Below are positions 42,497-59,218 of a DNA stretch of 64,000 nucleotides, piece after piece. Below the pieces are notes generated by a model. It saw nothing but the letters and a program-made list of their open reading frames with translations, was not told where the DNA came from and did no database searches. This stretch comes from Escherichia coli (GTDB lineage Bacteria; Pseudomonadota; Gammaproteobacteria; Enterobacterales; Enterobacteriaceae): NCBI RefSeq assembly GCF_050320075.1, contig NZ_CP190018.1. One strand, given 5' to 3'. A program made the translations under genes and the position numbers. Position 1 is the stretch's first letter. Each line of letters starts with the position of its first letter.

Positions 42497-43357
42497 ATGA
42501 CTTCATCTCTGCCCTGTGGGCAAACGTCTTTATTGTTACAGATGACCGAGCGCCTGGCGCTTTCCGACGCGCATTTTCGGCGGATAAGTCAATTGATCTA
42601 TCAACGAGCCGGGATCGTCCTGGCCGACCATAAACGCGACATGGTTTACAACCGACTGGTTCGTCGTTTGCGTTCGCTGGGACTGACGGATTTCGGCCAT
42701 TACCTGAACTTGCTGGAATCTAATCAGCACAGCGGTGAGTGGCAGGCGTTTATCAATTCGCTGACCACGAATCTGACGGCATTTTTCCGTGAGGCGCATC
42801 ATTTTCCTCTGCTCGCGGATCACGCCCGGCGTCGTTCTGGCGAGTATCGCGTATGGAGCGCGGCGGCTTCGACCGGCGAAGAGCCGTACAGCATTGCGAT
42901 GACACTGGCTGACACATTGGGCACCGCGCCCGGACGCTGGAAAGTGTTTGCCAGCGACATTGACACCGAAGTGCTGGAAAAAGCCAGAAGCGGTATTTAT
43001 CGCCATGAAGAGTTGAAAAATCTGACGCCGCAGCAACTGCAGCGGTACTTCATGCGAGGGACGGGACCGCATCAAGGGCTGGTACGCGTGCGTCAGGAAT
43101 TGGCGAATTATGTTGATTTTGCCCCGCTGAATTTACTGGCGAAACAGTACACCGTGCCGGGGCCGTTTGATGCGATCTTCTGTCGTAACGTCATGATCTA
43201 CTTCGATCAAACTACCCAGCAGGAGATTTTGCGCCGCTTTGTTCCGCTCCTTAAACCCGACGGATTGCTGTTTGCGGGTCACTCTGAAAACTTTAGCCAC
43301 CTTGAGCGCCGCTTCACGCTGCGTGGTCAGACGGTGTATGCGCTAAGTAAGGATTAA
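42497..43357 (+). CDS. cheR: chemotaxis methyltransferase CheR
   Basis: 286-aa ORF recognised as CheR. Confidence 0.95.
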
Positions 43358-43359
43358 CG

Positions 43360-44813
<1,454 letters not shown>

Positions 44814-44823
44814 GGATGCGACT

Positions 44824-45468
44824 ATGATGCAACCATCAATCAAACCTGCTGACGAGCATTCAGCTGGCGATATCATTGCGCGCATCGGCAGCCTGACGCG
44901 TATGCTGCGCGACAGTTTGCGGGAGCTGGGGCTGGATCAGGCCATTGCCGAAGCGGCGGAAGCCATCCCCGATGCGCGCGATCGTTTGTACTATGTTGTG
45001 CAGATGACCGCCCAGGCTGCGGAGCGGGCGCTGAACAGTGTTGAGGCGTCACAACCGCATCAGGATCAAATGGAGAAATCAGCAAAAGCGTTAACCCAAC
45101 GTTGGGATGACTGGTTTGCCGATCCGATTGACCTTGCCGACGCCCGAGAACTGGTAACAGATACGCGGCAATTTCTGGCAGATGTCCCCGCGCATACCAG
45201 CTTTACTAACGCGCAGCTGCTGGAAATCATGATGGCGCAGGATTTTCAGGATCTCACCGGACAGGTCATTAAGCGGATGATGGATGTCATTCAGGAGATC
45301 GAACGTCAGTTGCTGATGGTGCTGTTGGAAAACATCCCCGAACAGGAGTCGCGTCCAAAACGTGAAAACCAGAGTTTGCTTAATGGACCTCAGGTCGATA
45401 CCAGCAAAGCCGGTGTGGTAGCCAGTCAGGATCAGGTGGACGATTTGTTGGATAGTCTTGGATTTTGA
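44824..45468 (+). CDS. cheZ: CheY-P phosphatase CheZ
   Basis: Recognised as CheZ; start at [10 protein letters not shown]. Confidence 0.95.
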
Positions 45469-45475
45469 TTTGTAT

Positions 45476-45540
45476 TGCCTGATGTGGCGTGACTACGTCA
45501 TATCAGGCGGTCGTATAACGCGATGACGCCGCATCCGACA
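45476..45540. repeat. REP-like palindromic elements downstream of cheZ
   Basis: TGCCTGATGTGGCGTGACTACGTCATATCAGGCGG and GACGCCGCATCCGACA-type motifs. Confidence 0.5.
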
Positions 45541-45669
45541 AACGCATACTATGCTTGATGTGTGGCAGTAAAAGCCCTAAATCCCGCCTGTTTTGCCCCT
45601 TACTCAAACCATTGAACGCTTTGCGCTCTGGCATCATTTACGCTTAATACTCTTTCCAGGATTGGCGAC

Positions 45670-46818
45670 GTGTCTGACGAGAGCGACGACAAAACAGAAG
45701 CCCCCACACCTCACCGACTAGAAAAAGCGCGGGAAGAGGGGCAAATCCCGCGTTCCCGTGAACTGACTTCACTGCTGATTTTGTTAGTGGGCGTTAGTGT
45801 TATCTGGTTTGGCGGTGTGTCGCTGGCCCGTCGATTGTCGGGCATGCTCTCCGCTGGGCTGCATTTTGATCACAGTATTATCAATGACCCGAATCTGATC
45901 CTCGGGCAAATTATTCTGCTGATCAGAGAAGCCATGCTGGCGCTGCTGCCGCTGATTAGCGGCGTGGTGCTGGTGGCGCTCATTTCTCCGGTCATGCTGG
46001 GAGGGCTGGTATTTAGCGGAAAATCCTTGCAGCCGAAGTTTTCCAAACTCAACCCGCTACCGGGCATTAAACGGATATTCTCGGCTCAGACTGGCGCGGA
46101 GTTGCTTAAGGCAATTTTGAAAACCATCCTGGTTGGCAGCGTGACGGGATTTTTTCTCTGGCATCACTGGCCGCAGATGATGCGCTTAATGGCCGAGTCT
46201 CCGATTACCGCCATGGGTAATGCGATGGATCTGGTAGGGCTATGCGCGCTGCTGGTGGTACTTGGTGTTATTCCGATGGTGGGATTTGACGTCTTTTTCC
46301 AAATCTTCAGCCACCTGAAAAAGCTGCGAATGTCGCGGCAGGATATTCGTGATGAGTTCAAACAAAGCGAAGGCGACCCCCAAGTTAAAGGGCGGATCCG
46401 TCAGATGCAGCGAGCGGCCGCACGGCGTCGGATGATGGCCGATGTGCCGAAAGCGGACGTTATCGTCAATAACCCAACTCACTACTCAGTGGCTTTGCAG
46501 TACGACGAAAACAAAATGAGTGCGCCAAAAGTCGTTGCCAAGGGCGCGGGGCTGGTGGCATTACGCATTCGTGAAATTGGCGCTGAAAATAACGTCCCTA
46601 CGCTTGAAGCGCCGCCGCTGGCGCGAGCGCTGTATCGACATGCGGAGATCGGTCAACAAATCCCGGGTCAACTGTACGCCGCGGTGGCGGAAGTGCTGGC
46701 CTGGGTCTGGCAACTGAAACGCTGGCGTCTGGCTGGTGGACAGCGCCCTGTACAACCTACTCATCTTCCGGTGCCGGAAGCCCTGGATTTTATTAACGAG
46801 AAACCGACCCATGAGTAA
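45670..46818 (+). CDS. flhB: flagellar export apparatus protein FlhB (GTG start)
   Basis: 382-aa ORF with NPTH autocleavage motif. Confidence 0.9.
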   Translation: MSDESDDKTEAPTPHRLEKAREEGQIPRSRELTSLLILLVGVSVIWFGGVSLARRLSGMLSAGLHFDHSIINDPNLILGQIILLIREAMLALLPLISGVVLVALISPVMLGGLVFSGKSLQPKFSKLNPLPGIKRIFSAQTGAELLKAILKTILVGSVTGFFLWHHWPQMMRLMAESPITAMGNAMDLVGLCALLVVLGVIPMVGFDVFFQIFSHLKKLRMSRQDIRDEFKQSEGDPQVKGRIRQMQRAAARRRMMADVPKADVIVNNPTHYSVALQYDENKMSAPKVVAKGAGLVALRIREIGAENNVPTLEAPPLARALYRHAEIGQQIPGQLYAAVAEVLAWVWQLKRWRLAGGQRPVQPTHLPVPEALDFINEKPTHE

Positions 46819-48889
46819 TCTGGCCGCGATGCTGCGCCTGCCTGCAAACCTGAAATCGACACAATGGCAGATCCTTGCCGGACCGATTTTGATCCTGTTG
46901 ATTTTGTCGATGATGGTGCTGCCACTGCCCGCATTCATACTCGACCTGTTGTTTACCTTCAATATTGCCTTGTCGATCATGGTGTTGCTGGTGGCGATGT
47001 TTACCCAGCGCACGCTTGAGTTTGCTGCGTTTCCGACCATTCTATTGTTTACTACGTTGTTGCGTCTGGCACTTAACGTAGCTTCAACCCGCATCATTTT
47101 GATGGAAGGGCATACCGGCGCGGCGGCGGCTGGGAAGGTGGTCGAAGCGTTCGGTCACTTCCTCGTTGGTGGCAATTTCGCTATCGGTATCGTGGTGTTC
47201 GTCATTCTCGTGATCATCAACTTTATGGTCATTACCAAAGGTGCCGGGCGTATCGCAGAAGTGGGGGCGCGCTTTGTTCTCGATGGTATGCCGGGTAAGC
47301 AGATGGCGATTGACGCCGACCTTAACGCCGGATTGATTGGTGAAGATGAGGCGAAAAAACGCCGCTCCGAAGTGACTCAGGAAGCCGATTTTTACGGCTC
47401 AATGGACGGGGCAAGTAAGTTTGTTCGCGGCGATGCCATCGCCGGGATCCTCATCATGGTCATTAACGTTGTCGGCGGGTTGCTGGTCGGCGTGCTGCAA
47501 CATGGCATGAGCATGGGACACGCCGCGGAAAGTTATACGCTATTGACCATTGGCGACGGTCTGGTGGCACAAATCCCGGCGCTGGTGATTTCTACCGCCG
47601 CGGGGGTCATCGTTACGCGTGTCAGCACCGATCAGGATGTTGGCGAGCAGATGGTGAATCAGCTTTTCAGTAACCCGAGCGTTATGTTGTTAAGCGCCGC
47701 CGTGCTCGGTTTACTCGGCCTGGTGCCCGGAATGCCGAACCTGGTATTTTTGCTGTTCACTGCCGGATTGCTTGGGCTGGCCTGGTGGATCCGCGGACGT
47801 GAACAAAAAGCGCCTGCCGAACCAAAACCGGTAAAAATGGCAGAGAATAATACCGTTGTCGAAGCGACGTGGAACGATGTACAACTGGAAGATTCCTTGG
47901 GAATGGAAGTGGGTTATCGACTGATCCCGATGGTTGATTTCCAACAAGATGGCGAGTTGCTGGGCCGTATTCGTAGTATTCGTAAGAAATTTGCTCAGGA
48001 GATGGGGTTTCTGCCGCCGGTGGTGCACATTCGCGACAATATGGATCTGCAACCTGCACGTTATCGCATTTTGATGAAAGGCGTAGAGATTGGCACTGGC
48101 GATGCCTATCCGGGGCGCTGGCTGGCAATTAACCCAGGTACCGCTGCCGGGACGTTACCTGGTGAGGCGACCGTCGATCCGGCATTTGGCCTGAATGCTA
48201 TCTGGATTGAAAGTGCGCTTAAAGAACAGGCGCAGATTCAGGGGTACACCGTGGTTGAGGCCAGCACGGTGGTGGCAACGCATCTTAACCACCTCATTAG
48301 CCAGCATGCCGCAGAGCTGTTTGGTCGTCAGGAGGCGCAACAGCTGTTGGATCGCGTCGCCCAGGAGATGCCAAAGCTGACGGAAGATCTCGTTCCTGGC
48401 GTCGTCACGCTCACCACACTGCATAAAGTGCTGCAAAATCTGCTCGATGAAAAAGTGCCGATTCGCGATATGCGCACTATTCTCGAAACGCTGGCGGAAC
48501 ATGCGCCCATCCAAAGCGATCCACATGAATTAACCGCCGTCGTGCGCGTGGCGTTGGGACGGGCGATTACCCAGCAGTGGTTTCCTGGCAAAGATGAAGT
48601 TCATGTTATTGGCCTCGATACACCGCTGGAACGTTTGTTGCTACAGGCGTTGCAGGGCGGGGGCGGACTGGAGCCAGGGCTGGCGGATCGTTTACTGGCG
48701 CAAACTCAGGAAGCTCTATCCCGTCAGGAGATGTTGGGTGCGCCGCCAGTTTTATTGGTGAACCACGCGCTGCGACCATTATTGTCTCGCTTCCTGCGCC
48801 GCAGCTTGCCGCAGTTAGTGGTGCTGTCGAATCTGGAACTATCTGATAACCGACATATCCGCATGACGGCGACAATTGGCGGTAAATGA
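46811..48889 (+). CDS. flhA: flagellar export apparatus protein FlhA
   Basis: Recognised as FlhA; start at MSNLAAMLRL, 8-bp overlap with flhB. Confidence 0.95.
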   Translation: MSNLAAMLRLPANLKSTQWQILAGPILILLILSMMVLPLPAFILDLLFTFNIALSIMVLLVAMFTQRTLEFAAFPTILLFTTLLRLALNVASTRIILMEGHTGAAAAGKVVEAFGHFLVGGNFAIGIVVFVILVIINFMVITKGAGRIAEVGARFVLDGMPGKQMAIDADLNAGLIGEDEAKKRRSEVTQEADFYGSMDGASKFVRGDAIAGILIMVINVVGGLLVGVLQHGMSMGHAAESYTLLTIGDGLVAQIPALVISTAAGVIVTRVSTDQDVGEQMVNQLFSNPSVMLLSAAVLGLLGLVPGMPNLVFLLFTAGLLGLAWWIRGREQKAPAEPKPVKMAENNTVVEATWNDVQLEDSLGMEVGYRLIPMVDFQQDGELLGRIRSIRKKFAQEMGFLPPVVHIRDNMDLQPARYRILMKGVEIGTGDAYPGRWLAINPGTAAGTLPGEATVDPAFGLNAIWIESALKEQAQIQGYTVVEASTVVATHLNHLISQHAAELFGRQEAQQLLDRVAQEMPKLTEDLVPGVVTLTTLHKVLQNLLDEKVPIRDMRTILETLAEHAPIQSDPHELTAVVRVALGRAITQQWFPGKDEVHVIGLDTPLERLLLQALQGGGGLEPGLADRLLAQTQEALSRQEMLGAPPVLLVNHALRPLLSRFLRRSLPQLVVLSNLELSDNRHIRMTATIGGK

Positions 48890-49281
48890 TGAGAACCTTA
48901 TTAGCAATATTATTGTTTCCGCTGCTGGTGCAAGCCGCCGGGGAGGGGATGTGGCAGGCGAGTAGTGTGGGCGTTACGCTGAATCACCGTGGTGAGTCGA
49001 TGTCGTCAGCGCCTCTTTCTACTCGACAACCTGCTGCAGGATTGATGACGCTGGTGGCGTGGCGTTATCAGCTTATCGGCCCGACACCTGCAGGACTGCG
49101 GGTTCGCTTGTGTTCACAATCTCGTTGTGTCGAATTAGAAGGGCAGAGTGGAACCACCGTGGCCTTTTCCGGTATACCGGCGATAGAACCGTTGCGATTT
49201 ATCTGGGAAGTGCCTGGCGGTGGGCGGTTAATTCCGCCGCTAAAGGTACAACGGAATGAAGTGATTGTGAATTATCGTTAA
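48889..49281 (+). CDS. flhE: flagellar protein FlhE
   Basis: 130-aa ORF with signal peptide, start at MRTLLAILLF. Confidence 0.9.
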   Translation: MRTLLAILLFPLLVQAAGEGMWQASSVGVTLNHRGESMSSAPLSTRQPAAGLMTLVAWRYQLIGPTPAGLRVRLCSQSRCVELEGQSGTTVAFSGIPAIEPLRFIWEVPGGGRLIPPLKVQRNEVIVNYR

Positions 49282-49287
49282 TGATAA

Positions 49288-49319
49288 AAAAGCCGATGTC
49301 TGCCATGACATCGGCTTTT
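49288..49319. terminator. bidirectional rho-independent terminator between convergent flhE and argS
   Basis: AAAAAAGCCGATGTC...GACATCGGCTTTT hairpin with A/T runs on both sides. Confidence 0.6.
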
Positions 49320-49333
49320 GCCGTATAACGCGA

Positions 49334-51067
49334 TTACATACGCTCTACTGTCTCAATACCCAGCGTATCCAGACCCAGTTTCAGCGTCTTCGCCGTCAGT
49401 TGTGCCAGTTTCAGACGGCTGTTACGCACTTCTTCGTTTTCTGCGCTGAGGATCGGGCAGTGCTCGTAGAAGCCAGAGAACAGACCAGCCAGATCGTACA
49501 GGTAAGCACACATCACATGCGGCGTGCCTTCACGGGCAACCACGGTGAGGGTTTCTTCAAACTGCAGCAGGCGAGCTGCCAGTTGCGCTTCACGATCTTC
49601 ACGGATGATAACCGGAGCTGCAGCCAGTTGCTCTTCGTCAATTTCTGCTTTACGGAACACGGACAATACACGCGTGTATGCATACTGCATGTATGGCGCG
49701 GTATTACCCTCAAACGCCAGCATGTTGTCCCAGTCGAAGATGTAGTCCGTGGTGCGGTTTTTGGAGAGATCCGCATATTTCACCGCACCAATACCAACTG
49801 CGTTAGCCAGTTTTTCCAGCTCGTCGGCTGGCATATCCGGGTTCTTTTCTGCCACCAGACGACGTGCACGCTCCAGGGCTTCATCCAGCAGATCCGCCAG
49901 TTTCACTGTACCACCCGCGCGGGTTTTGAACGGTTTGCCGTCTTTGCCCAGCATCATGCCGAACATGTGGTGTTCCAGCGGTACGGATTCCGGTACATAG
50001 CCTGCTTTACGGACGATAGCCCACGCCTGCATCAGGTGTTGATGCTGACGGGAGTCGATGTAATACAGCACGCGATCGGCATGCAGTGTTTCATAACGAT
50101 ATTTCGCACAGGCGATATCAGTGGTGGTGTAGAGATAGCCACCATCTTTCTTCTGAATGATCACGCCCATCGGTTCGCCTTCCTTGTTTTTGAACTCATC
50201 AAGGAATACGACGGTCGCGCCTTCACTTTCTACTGCCAGACCTTTGGCTTTCAGGTCCGCCACGATACCCGGCAGCATTGGGTTGTAGAGACTTTCACCC
50301 ATGACGTCATCGCGGGTCAACGTCACGTTCAGACGATCGTAGGTGATCTGGTTCTGCGTCATGGTGATGTCGACCAGTTTGCGCCACATCTCGCGGAAAT
50401 ATTCGTCACCGCTTTGCAGTTTGACTACGTAGTTACGTGCACGCTCGGCAAACTCTTCATCTTCGTCGTAATGCTTTTTCGCATCGCGGTAGAAACCTTC
50501 AAGGTCAGCCAGCTCCATTTCACCGGCGTTTTCTTGCTGCTGCTTTTCCAACCACGCAATCAGCATACCGAACTGAGTACCCCAGTCGCCGACGTGGTTC
50601 GCGCGAATCACTTTGTGACCGAGGAACTCCAGAGTACGCACTGCCGCGTCACCAATAATGGTAGAGCGCAGGTGACCGACGTGCATCTCTTTCGCCACGT
50701 TCGGAGCGGAGTAGTCAACCACAATGGTCTGTTTTTCTGGCGTAGCAACACCGAGACGATCGGACGCCAGCGCCTGCTGAACATGATCAGCCAGGAAGGC
50801 TGGATCAAGAAAAATGTTGATAAAGCCTGGACCGGCGATCTCAACTTTGCTGGCGATACCGTTAAGATCCAGATGAGTCAGCACCTGCTCTGCTAATTGT
50901 CGCGGTGCCATACCCAGTTTTTTAGCAACTGCCATCATGCCGTTAGCCTGATAGTCGCCGAACTGAACTTTTGCTGACTGACGAACCTGCGGTTCGCAAT
51001 CCGCAGGCGCGCCTGCCGCAATCATGGCCTGACGGACTTTTTCTGAGAGAAGAGCCTGAATATTCAC
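49334..51067 (-). CDS. argS: arginine--tRNA ligase
   Basis: 577-aa class I aaRS with HVGH and KMSK-like motifs. Confidence 0.95.
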   Translation of the reverse strand: MNIQALLSEKVRQAMIAAGAPADCEPQVRQSAKVQFGDYQANGMMAVAKKLGMAPRQLAEQVLTHLDLNGIASKVEIAGPGFINIFLDPAFLADHVQQALASDRLGVATPEKQTIVVDYSAPNVAKEMHVGHLRSTIIGDAAVRTLEFLGHKVIRANHVGDWGTQFGMLIAWLEKQQQENAGEMELADLEGFYRDAKKHYDEDEEFAERARNYVVKLQSGDEYFREMWRKLVDITMTQNQITYDRLNVTLTRDDVMGESLYNPMLPGIVADLKAKGLAVESEGATVVFLDEFKNKEGEPMGVIIQKKDGGYLYTTTDIACAKYRYETLHADRVLYYIDSRQHQHLMQAWAIVRKAGYVPESVPLEHHMFGMMLGKDGKPFKTRAGGTVKLADLLDEALERARRLVAEKNPDMPADELEKLANAVGIGAVKYADLSKNRTTDYIFDWDNMLAFEGNTAPYMQYAYTRVLSVFRKAEIDEEQLAAAPVIIREDREAQLAARLLQFEETLTVVAREGTPHVMCAYLYDLAGLFSGFYEHCPILSAENEEVRNSRLKLAQLTAKTLKLGLDTLGIETVERM

Positions 51068-51282
51068 CGGAATACCTTACATTGATGAAGCGAGCAAAAA
51101 TTGCCCGCACCAGTTAAAGAAATTAGGGCGGGAGTATACTGCAAATGGCTGTTTTCGTCAGCAACGTGCGCGTGGCGTATTGCCGTTTTCACTATTGCAT
51201 CAGAAGCGGCGTGAAATCAGCGGTTGGTTGGCGCAGGGCAACAGGGTAAATTAACGCTTTTACTGAAAGACGAAGAGTGATT

Positions 51283-51849
51283 ATGGCGAACTGGCAATCT
51301 ATCGACGAGCTGCAGGATATTGCATCGGATTTACCGCGATTTACCCACGCATTAGATGAACTTTCCCGCCGTTTGGGGTTGGATATCACTCCGCTGACTG
51401 CCGATCACATTTCTTTGCGTTGCCATCAAAACGCCACCGCTGAGCGCTGGCGTCGCGGGTTTGAACAGTGCGGCGAGCTTTTGTCAGAAAATATGATCAA
51501 TGGCAGGCCGATTTGTCTGTTTAAATTGCATGAACCGGTACAGGTTGCGCACTGGCAGTTTTCCATTGTGGAGCTACCGTGGCCCGGGGAAAAACGTTAC
51601 CCGCACGAAGGTTGGGAACATATTGAAATCGTTCTGCCGGGCGATCCAGAAACGCTGAATGCCCGTGCGCTGGCATTGCTTTCTGATGAAGGACTCAGCC
51701 TGCCGGGGATCTCAGTGAAAACCAGTTCGCCAAAAGGTGAGCATGAGCGATTACCGAATCCGACGCTGGCGGTCACCGATGGCAAAACAACTATTAAGTT
51801 TCATCCGTGGTCCATTGAAAAGATCGTTGCCAGCGAGCAGTCGGCGTAA
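51283..51849 (+). CDS. yecM: uncharacterised protein YecM
   Basis: Start at MANWQSIDEL; conserved position. Confidence 0.85.
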   Translation: MANWQSIDELQDIASDLPRFTHALDELSRRLGLDITPLTADHISLRCHQNATAERWRRGFEQCGELLSENMINGRPICLFKLHEPVQVAHWQFSIVELPWPGEKRYPHEGWEHIEIVLPGDPETLNARALALLSDEGLSLPGISVKTSSPKGEHERLPNPTLAVTDGKTTIKFHPWSIEKIVASEQSA

Positions 51850-51853
51850 TTAA

Positions 51854-52609
<756 letters not shown>

Positions 52610-52656
52610 TTTTTACCGTTGCATCATGTCGCCCAATATGATGCTTGCTCGTACCA

Positions 52657-52688
52657 GGCCCCTGCAATTTCAACAGGGGCCTTTTTTT
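52657..52688 (+). terminator. rho-independent terminator after cutC
   Basis: GGCCCCTGCAATTTCAACAGGGGCC hairpin + TTTTTTT. Confidence 0.65.
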
Positions 52689-52994
52689 ATCCCTGAATAG
52701 TATAAAAAATGAACGATTACCGCGATCTGTTGAGCGGGTGACAGTGCACATAGCGTTGTGCTAAAAATTTTTATATATTCATATTAATTATGTAATTTAA
52801 ATTACTAAAACTGACAAATATGTATTCTAAATAACAACTGGGTTATTCCTTAGCAATTAATGATTACATTGTAATAAATCATATTCTTTATCGATTATTT
52901 CAGGCAGTGTTGTGCCGAATTATGCAAGCGGTCAATTCGTTGTATATTTAATTATACAATGATTTCGGTGTTCTGGAATTAATTAGAGGAATCT

Positions 52995-54095
52995 ATGCGA
53001 GGGAAAAAACGCATTGGGTTAATGTTTTTGCTGATAGCGGTTGTGGTTGGTGGCGGCGGGTTATTGCTGGCGCAAAAAGCCTTACATAAAACGTCGGATA
53101 CAGCATTTTGCCTTTCCTGCCACTCGATGAGTAAACCTTTTGAGGAATATCAGGGAACTGTCCACTTTTCGAACCAGAAAGGGATACGTGCGGAATGTGC
53201 CGATTGCCATATTCCAAAGTCAGGGATGGATTATTTATTTGCTAAATTAAAAGCATCTAAAGATATTTATCATGAATTTGTTAGCGGCAAAATAGACAGT
53301 GACGATAAGTTCGAAGCGCATCGTCAGGAAATGGCCGAAACAGTATGGAAAGAATTAAAAGCCACTGACTCTGCAACGTGCCGTAGTTGCCATTCTTTTG
53401 ATGCCATGGATATTGCCTCGCAAAGTGAATCTGCGCAGAAAATGCATAACAAAGCACAAAAGGGCGGCGAAACCTGTATCGATTGTCATAAAGGCATTGC
53501 TCATTTTCCGCCAGAAATAAAAATGGATGACAACGCGGCGCATGAGCTGGAAAGTCAGGCCGCTACTTCAGTGACTAATGGCGTACATATTTATCCTTTC
53601 AAAACTTCTCGCATAGGCGAGCTGGCTACCGTGAATCCTGGTACCGATCTCATCGTCGTTGATGCCAGTGGCAAACAGCCGATCGTTCTGTTGCAGGGTT
53701 ATCAAATGCAGGGCAGTGAAAACACGCTCTACCTGGCGGCAGGTCAACGGCTGGCACTAGCCACATTAAGTGAAGAAGGTATCAAGGCGCTCACGGTAAA
53801 CGGGGAATGGCAGGCTGACGAATACGGCAATCAATGGCGTCAGGCGTCTTTACAGGGTGCGCTTACCGATCCCGCATTAGCGGACCGTAAACCGCTATGG
53901 CAATACGCTGAAAAACTTGACGATACCTATTGCGCTGGTTGCCATGCCCCTATTGCCTCCGACCATTACACCGTCAATGCATGGCCGTCCATTGCCAAAG
54001 GAATGGGGGCGCGAACCAGCATGAGCGAAAACGAACTGGACATTTTGACGCGGTACTTCCAGTACAACGCCAAAGATATTACCGAGAAACAGTGA
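52995..54095 (+). CDS. torY: NapC/NirT-type multihaem c-type cytochrome TorY
   Basis: 366-aa ORF with CxxCH haem-binding motifs (CLSCH, CADCH, CRSCH, CIDCH, CAGCH). Confidence 0.9.
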   Translation: MRGKKRIGLMFLLIAVVVGGGGLLLAQKALHKTSDTAFCLSCHSMSKPFEEYQGTVHFSNQKGIRAECADCHIPKSGMDYLFAKLKASKDIYHEFVSGKIDSDDKFEAHRQEMAETVWKELKATDSATCRSCHSFDAMDIASQSESAQKMHNKAQKGGETCIDCHKGIAHFPPEIKMDDNAAHELESQAATSVTNGVHIYPFKTSRIGELATVNPGTDLIVVDASGKQPIVLLQGYQMQGSENTLYLAAGQRLALATLSEEGIKALTVNGEWQADEYGNQWRQASLQGALTDPALADRKPLWQYAEKLDDTYCAGCHAPIASDHYTVNAWPSIAKGMGARTSMSENELDILTRYFQYNAKDITEKQ

Positions 54096-54119
54096 TCCTC
54101 GTTGATCAGGGAGGAAGTT

Positions 54120-56549
54120 ATGACATTAACAAGACGTGAATTTATTAAACACAGCGGTATTGCCGCTGGGGCGCTGGTGGTGACATCGGCTGCACCGCTA
54201 CCCGCATGGGCAGAAGAGAAGGGTGGCAAAATCCTCACCGCGGGCCGTTGGGGAGCGATGAACGTAGAAGTGAAGGACGGCAAGATTGTTTCTTCAACAG
54301 GCGCGCTGGCGAAAACTATACCGAACTCCTTACAGTCTACGGCGGTGGATCAGGTACACACCACGGCGCGTATTCAGCATCCGATGGTGAGAAAAAGCTA
54401 TCTCGATAATCCACTGCAACCGGCGAAAGGTCGTGGCGAAGATACCTATGTACAGGTGAGCTGGGAACAAGCATTAAAACTGATTCATGAGCAACACGAT
54501 CGTATTCGTAAAGCTAACGGACCATCGGCCATTTTTGCCGGATCTTACGGCTGGCGATCTTCTGGCGTGTTGCATAAAGCGCAAACCTTACTGCAACGTT
54601 ATATGAACCTTGCGGGCGGTTATTCCGGGCATAGCGGCGATTATTCAACCGGGGCAGCACAGGTGATCATGCCGCATGTGGTCGGTTCTGTAGAGGTGTA
54701 TGAACAGCAGACCTCCTGGCCGCTGATTCTGGAAAACAGCCAGGTTGTGGTGCTGTGGGGGATGAACCCGCTGAATACCTTGAAAATTGCCTGGAGCAGT
54801 ACCGATGAGCAAGGGCTGGAATACTTCCATCAGCTGAAAAAATCTGGCAAACCCGTGATTGCCATTGATCCTATTCGCTCCGAAACCATCGAATTCTTTG
54901 GCGATAATGCCACCTGGATCGCGCCGAATATGGGCACCGACGTGGCACTGATGTTAGGGATCGCGCATACCCTGATGACACAAGGCAAACACGATAAAGT
55001 GTTCCTTGAAAAATACACTACCGGATATCCGCAGTTTGAAGAGTATCTGGCAGGCAAAAGCGATAATACGCCGAAGAGCGCGGCCTGGGCGGCGGAAATT
55101 TCTGGCGTACCGGAAGCGCAGATAGTCAAACTCGCTGAACTGATGGCGGCAAATCGCACAATACTGATGGCAGGCTGGGGAATTCAGCGCCAGCAATATG
55201 GTGAACAGAAACACTGGATGCTGGTGACGCTGGCGGCGATGTTAGGGCAGATTGGTACACCGGGCGGCGGGTTTGGTTTCTCTTATCATTACTCCAATGG
55301 TGGCAACCCGACGCGTGTTGGCGGCGTGCTGCCGGAAATGTCTGCGGCGATTGCCGGACAGGCCAGCGAGGCCGCTGATGATGGCGGAATGACGGCGATT
55401 CCTGTTGCCCGTATCGTCGATGCGCTGGAAAATCCTGGCGGCAAATATCAGCATAACGGTAAAGAGCAAACGTACCCAAATATCAAAATGATCTGGTGGG
55501 CGGGTGGCGGTAACTTTACCCATCACCAGGATACTAATCGTCTGATTAAAGCATGGCAGAAACCGGAGATGATCGTCGTTTCTGAATGCTACTGGACCGC
55601 AGCTGCTAAACATGCAGATATCGTATTACCGATCACCACATCGTTTGAGCGCAATGACTTGACGATGACCGGTGATTACAGCAACCAGCATATTGTACCG
55701 ATGAAGCAGGCTGTCGCTGCGCAATTTGAAGCGCGTAACGATTTTGACGTGTTTGCCGATCTTGCTGAATTACTCAAACCTGGCGGAAAAGAGATCTATA
55801 CCGAAGGTAGAGATGAAATGGCGTGGCTGAAATTTTTCTATGATGCCGCTCAGAAAGGTGCGCGTGCGCAACGCGTGACTATGCCGATGTTTAATGCTTT
55901 CTGGCAGCAAAATAAACTGATCGAAATGCGCCGCAGCGAGAAGAACGAACAGTACGTTCGTTATGGTGATTTCCGCGCCGATCCGGTGAAAAATGCGCTG
56001 GGTACGCCAAGCGGCAAAATTGAGATTTACTCCAAAACGCTGGAAAAATTTGGCTATAAGGATTGCCCGGCACACCCAACCTGGCTTGCGCCTGATGAGT
56101 GGAAAGGTTCCGCCGACGAGAAGCAGTTGCAGCTTCTGACCGCACATCCGGCACACCGTTTACACAGTCAGCTTAACTATGCGGAACTGCGTAAAAAATA
56201 TGCGGTTGCCGATCGTGAACCGATCACTATTCACACCGAAGATGCTGCTCGCTTTGGTATTGCGAATGGCGATCTGGTGCGTGTCTGGAACAGACGTGGT
56301 CAGATTCTGACAGGCGCGGTGGTGACTGACGGGATCAAAAAAGGCGTGGTATGCGTGCATGAAGGTGCATGGCCAGATCTGGAAAATGGCTTGTGTAAAA
56401 ACGGCAGTGCGAACGTGTTAACGGCGGATATCCCCAGCTCTCAGCTGGCAAATGCCTGTGCCGGTAACTCTGCGCTGGTGTATATCGAAAAATATACGGG
56501 CAATGCACCGAAGTTAACGGCGTTTGATCAGCCAGCTGTTCAGGCATAA
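54120..56549 (+). CDS. torZ: trimethylamine-N-oxide reductase 2 (molybdoenzyme)
   Basis: Start at [13 protein letters not shown], a twin-arginine signal; 809 aa. Confidence 0.95.
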   Translation: MTLTRREFIKHSGIAAGALVVTSAAPLPAWAEEKGGKILTAGRWGAMNVEVKDGKIVSSTGALAKTIPNSLQSTAVDQVHTTARIQHPMVRKSYLDNPLQPAKGRGEDTYVQVSWEQALKLIHEQHDRIRKANGPSAIFAGSYGWRSSGVLHKAQTLLQRYMNLAGGYSGHSGDYSTGAAQVIMPHVVGSVEVYEQQTSWPLILENSQVVVLWGMNPLNTLKIAWSSTDEQGLEYFHQLKKSGKPVIAIDPIRSETIEFFGDNATWIAPNMGTDVALMLGIAHTLMTQGKHDKVFLEKYTTGYPQFEEYLAGKSDNTPKSAAWAAEISGVPEAQIVKLAELMAANRTILMAGWGIQRQQYGEQKHWMLVTLAAMLGQIGTPGGGFGFSYHYSNGGNPTRVGGVLPEMSAAIAGQASEAADDGGMTAIPVARIVDALENPGGKYQHNGKEQTYPNIKMIWWAGGGNFTHHQDTNRLIKAWQKPEMIVVSECYWTAAAKHADIVLPITTSFERNDLTMTGDYSNQHIVPMKQAVAAQFEARNDFDVFADLAELLKPGGKEIYTEGRDEMAWLKFFYDAAQKGARAQRVTMPMFNAFWQQNKLIEMRRSEKNEQYVRYGDFRADPVKNALGTPSGKIEIYSKTLEKFGYKDCPAHPTWLAPDEWKGSADEKQLQLLTAHPAHRLHSQLNYAELRKKYAVADREPITIHTEDAARFGIANGDLVRVWNRRGQILTGAVVTDGIKKGVVCVHEGAWPDLENGLCKNGSANVLTADIPSSQLANACAGNSALVYIEKYTGNAPKLTAFDQPAVQA

Positions 56550-56583
56550 GACGTGAAAAGCGCCCGGAAACGGGCGCTAATCT

Positions 56584-58731
<2,148 letters not shown>

Positions 58732-58783
58732 ACAAACTCCCTTTAAAATGGCCGATGGCACCTGTCTATGATAGGTGGCAAAT

Positions 58784-59128
58784 TCAGAAAAGAGAAGATT
58801 GCTGTGGAATAGCCGGAACTGCTCCGATCTCTGGAAGCGTTTTACGTAAGTCTTCCCACAGGGTATGTACCAGTTCCGGGGCCTGGGCAATATCTGGCGT
58901 ATGTAAAAAAAGATAAGGCGTAGTGGTCTGATGCCACTGCGCTAATTTTTGTAACCAGACCTGAAATAATTCCCGGTTTTGCGTCATATCATCACTACCG
59001 ATAAAACGGATCAGCGGATTTGTCGCCGTCAGTACAGCATGTACCGGAACTTTAGGTTTTTTTCGTTGAGCGTCGCGAATAGCTTCACTGTGTGGACGTG
59101 CTGCATGAACCGGGCGGCTGTCTAAAAT
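58784..59128 (-). pseudogene. yecE: yecE 3' fragment (C-terminal ~114 codons); 5' portion displaced by an insertion
   Basis: Translation ILDSRPVHAARPHSEAIRDAQ...QQSSLF matches the YecE C terminus; upstream in frame there is a TAG stop and unrelated AT-rich DNA. Confidence 0.7.
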
Positions 59129-59180
59129 CATCAAGGTCTAAATGCACTACATGGGCACCTAAACATATACATGTGATGTT

Positions 59181-59203
59181 GAGGTGTTAGAAAGGGGGCT
59201 GTT
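59181..59203 (-). terminator. hairpin downstream of the 306-aa minus-strand gene
   Basis: AGGGGGCTGTTCAGCCCCT inverted repeat immediately after the stop of 59219..60139. Confidence 0.35.
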
Positions 59204-59218
59204 CAGCCCCTGATAGAC

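Noticed and set aside
49400-50896. 498-aa ORF on the plus strand
   Set aside because: Lies entirely antisense within argS, whose translation is an unmistakable arginyl-tRNA synthetase; long antisense frames are common in such genes and the predicted protein is low-complexity.
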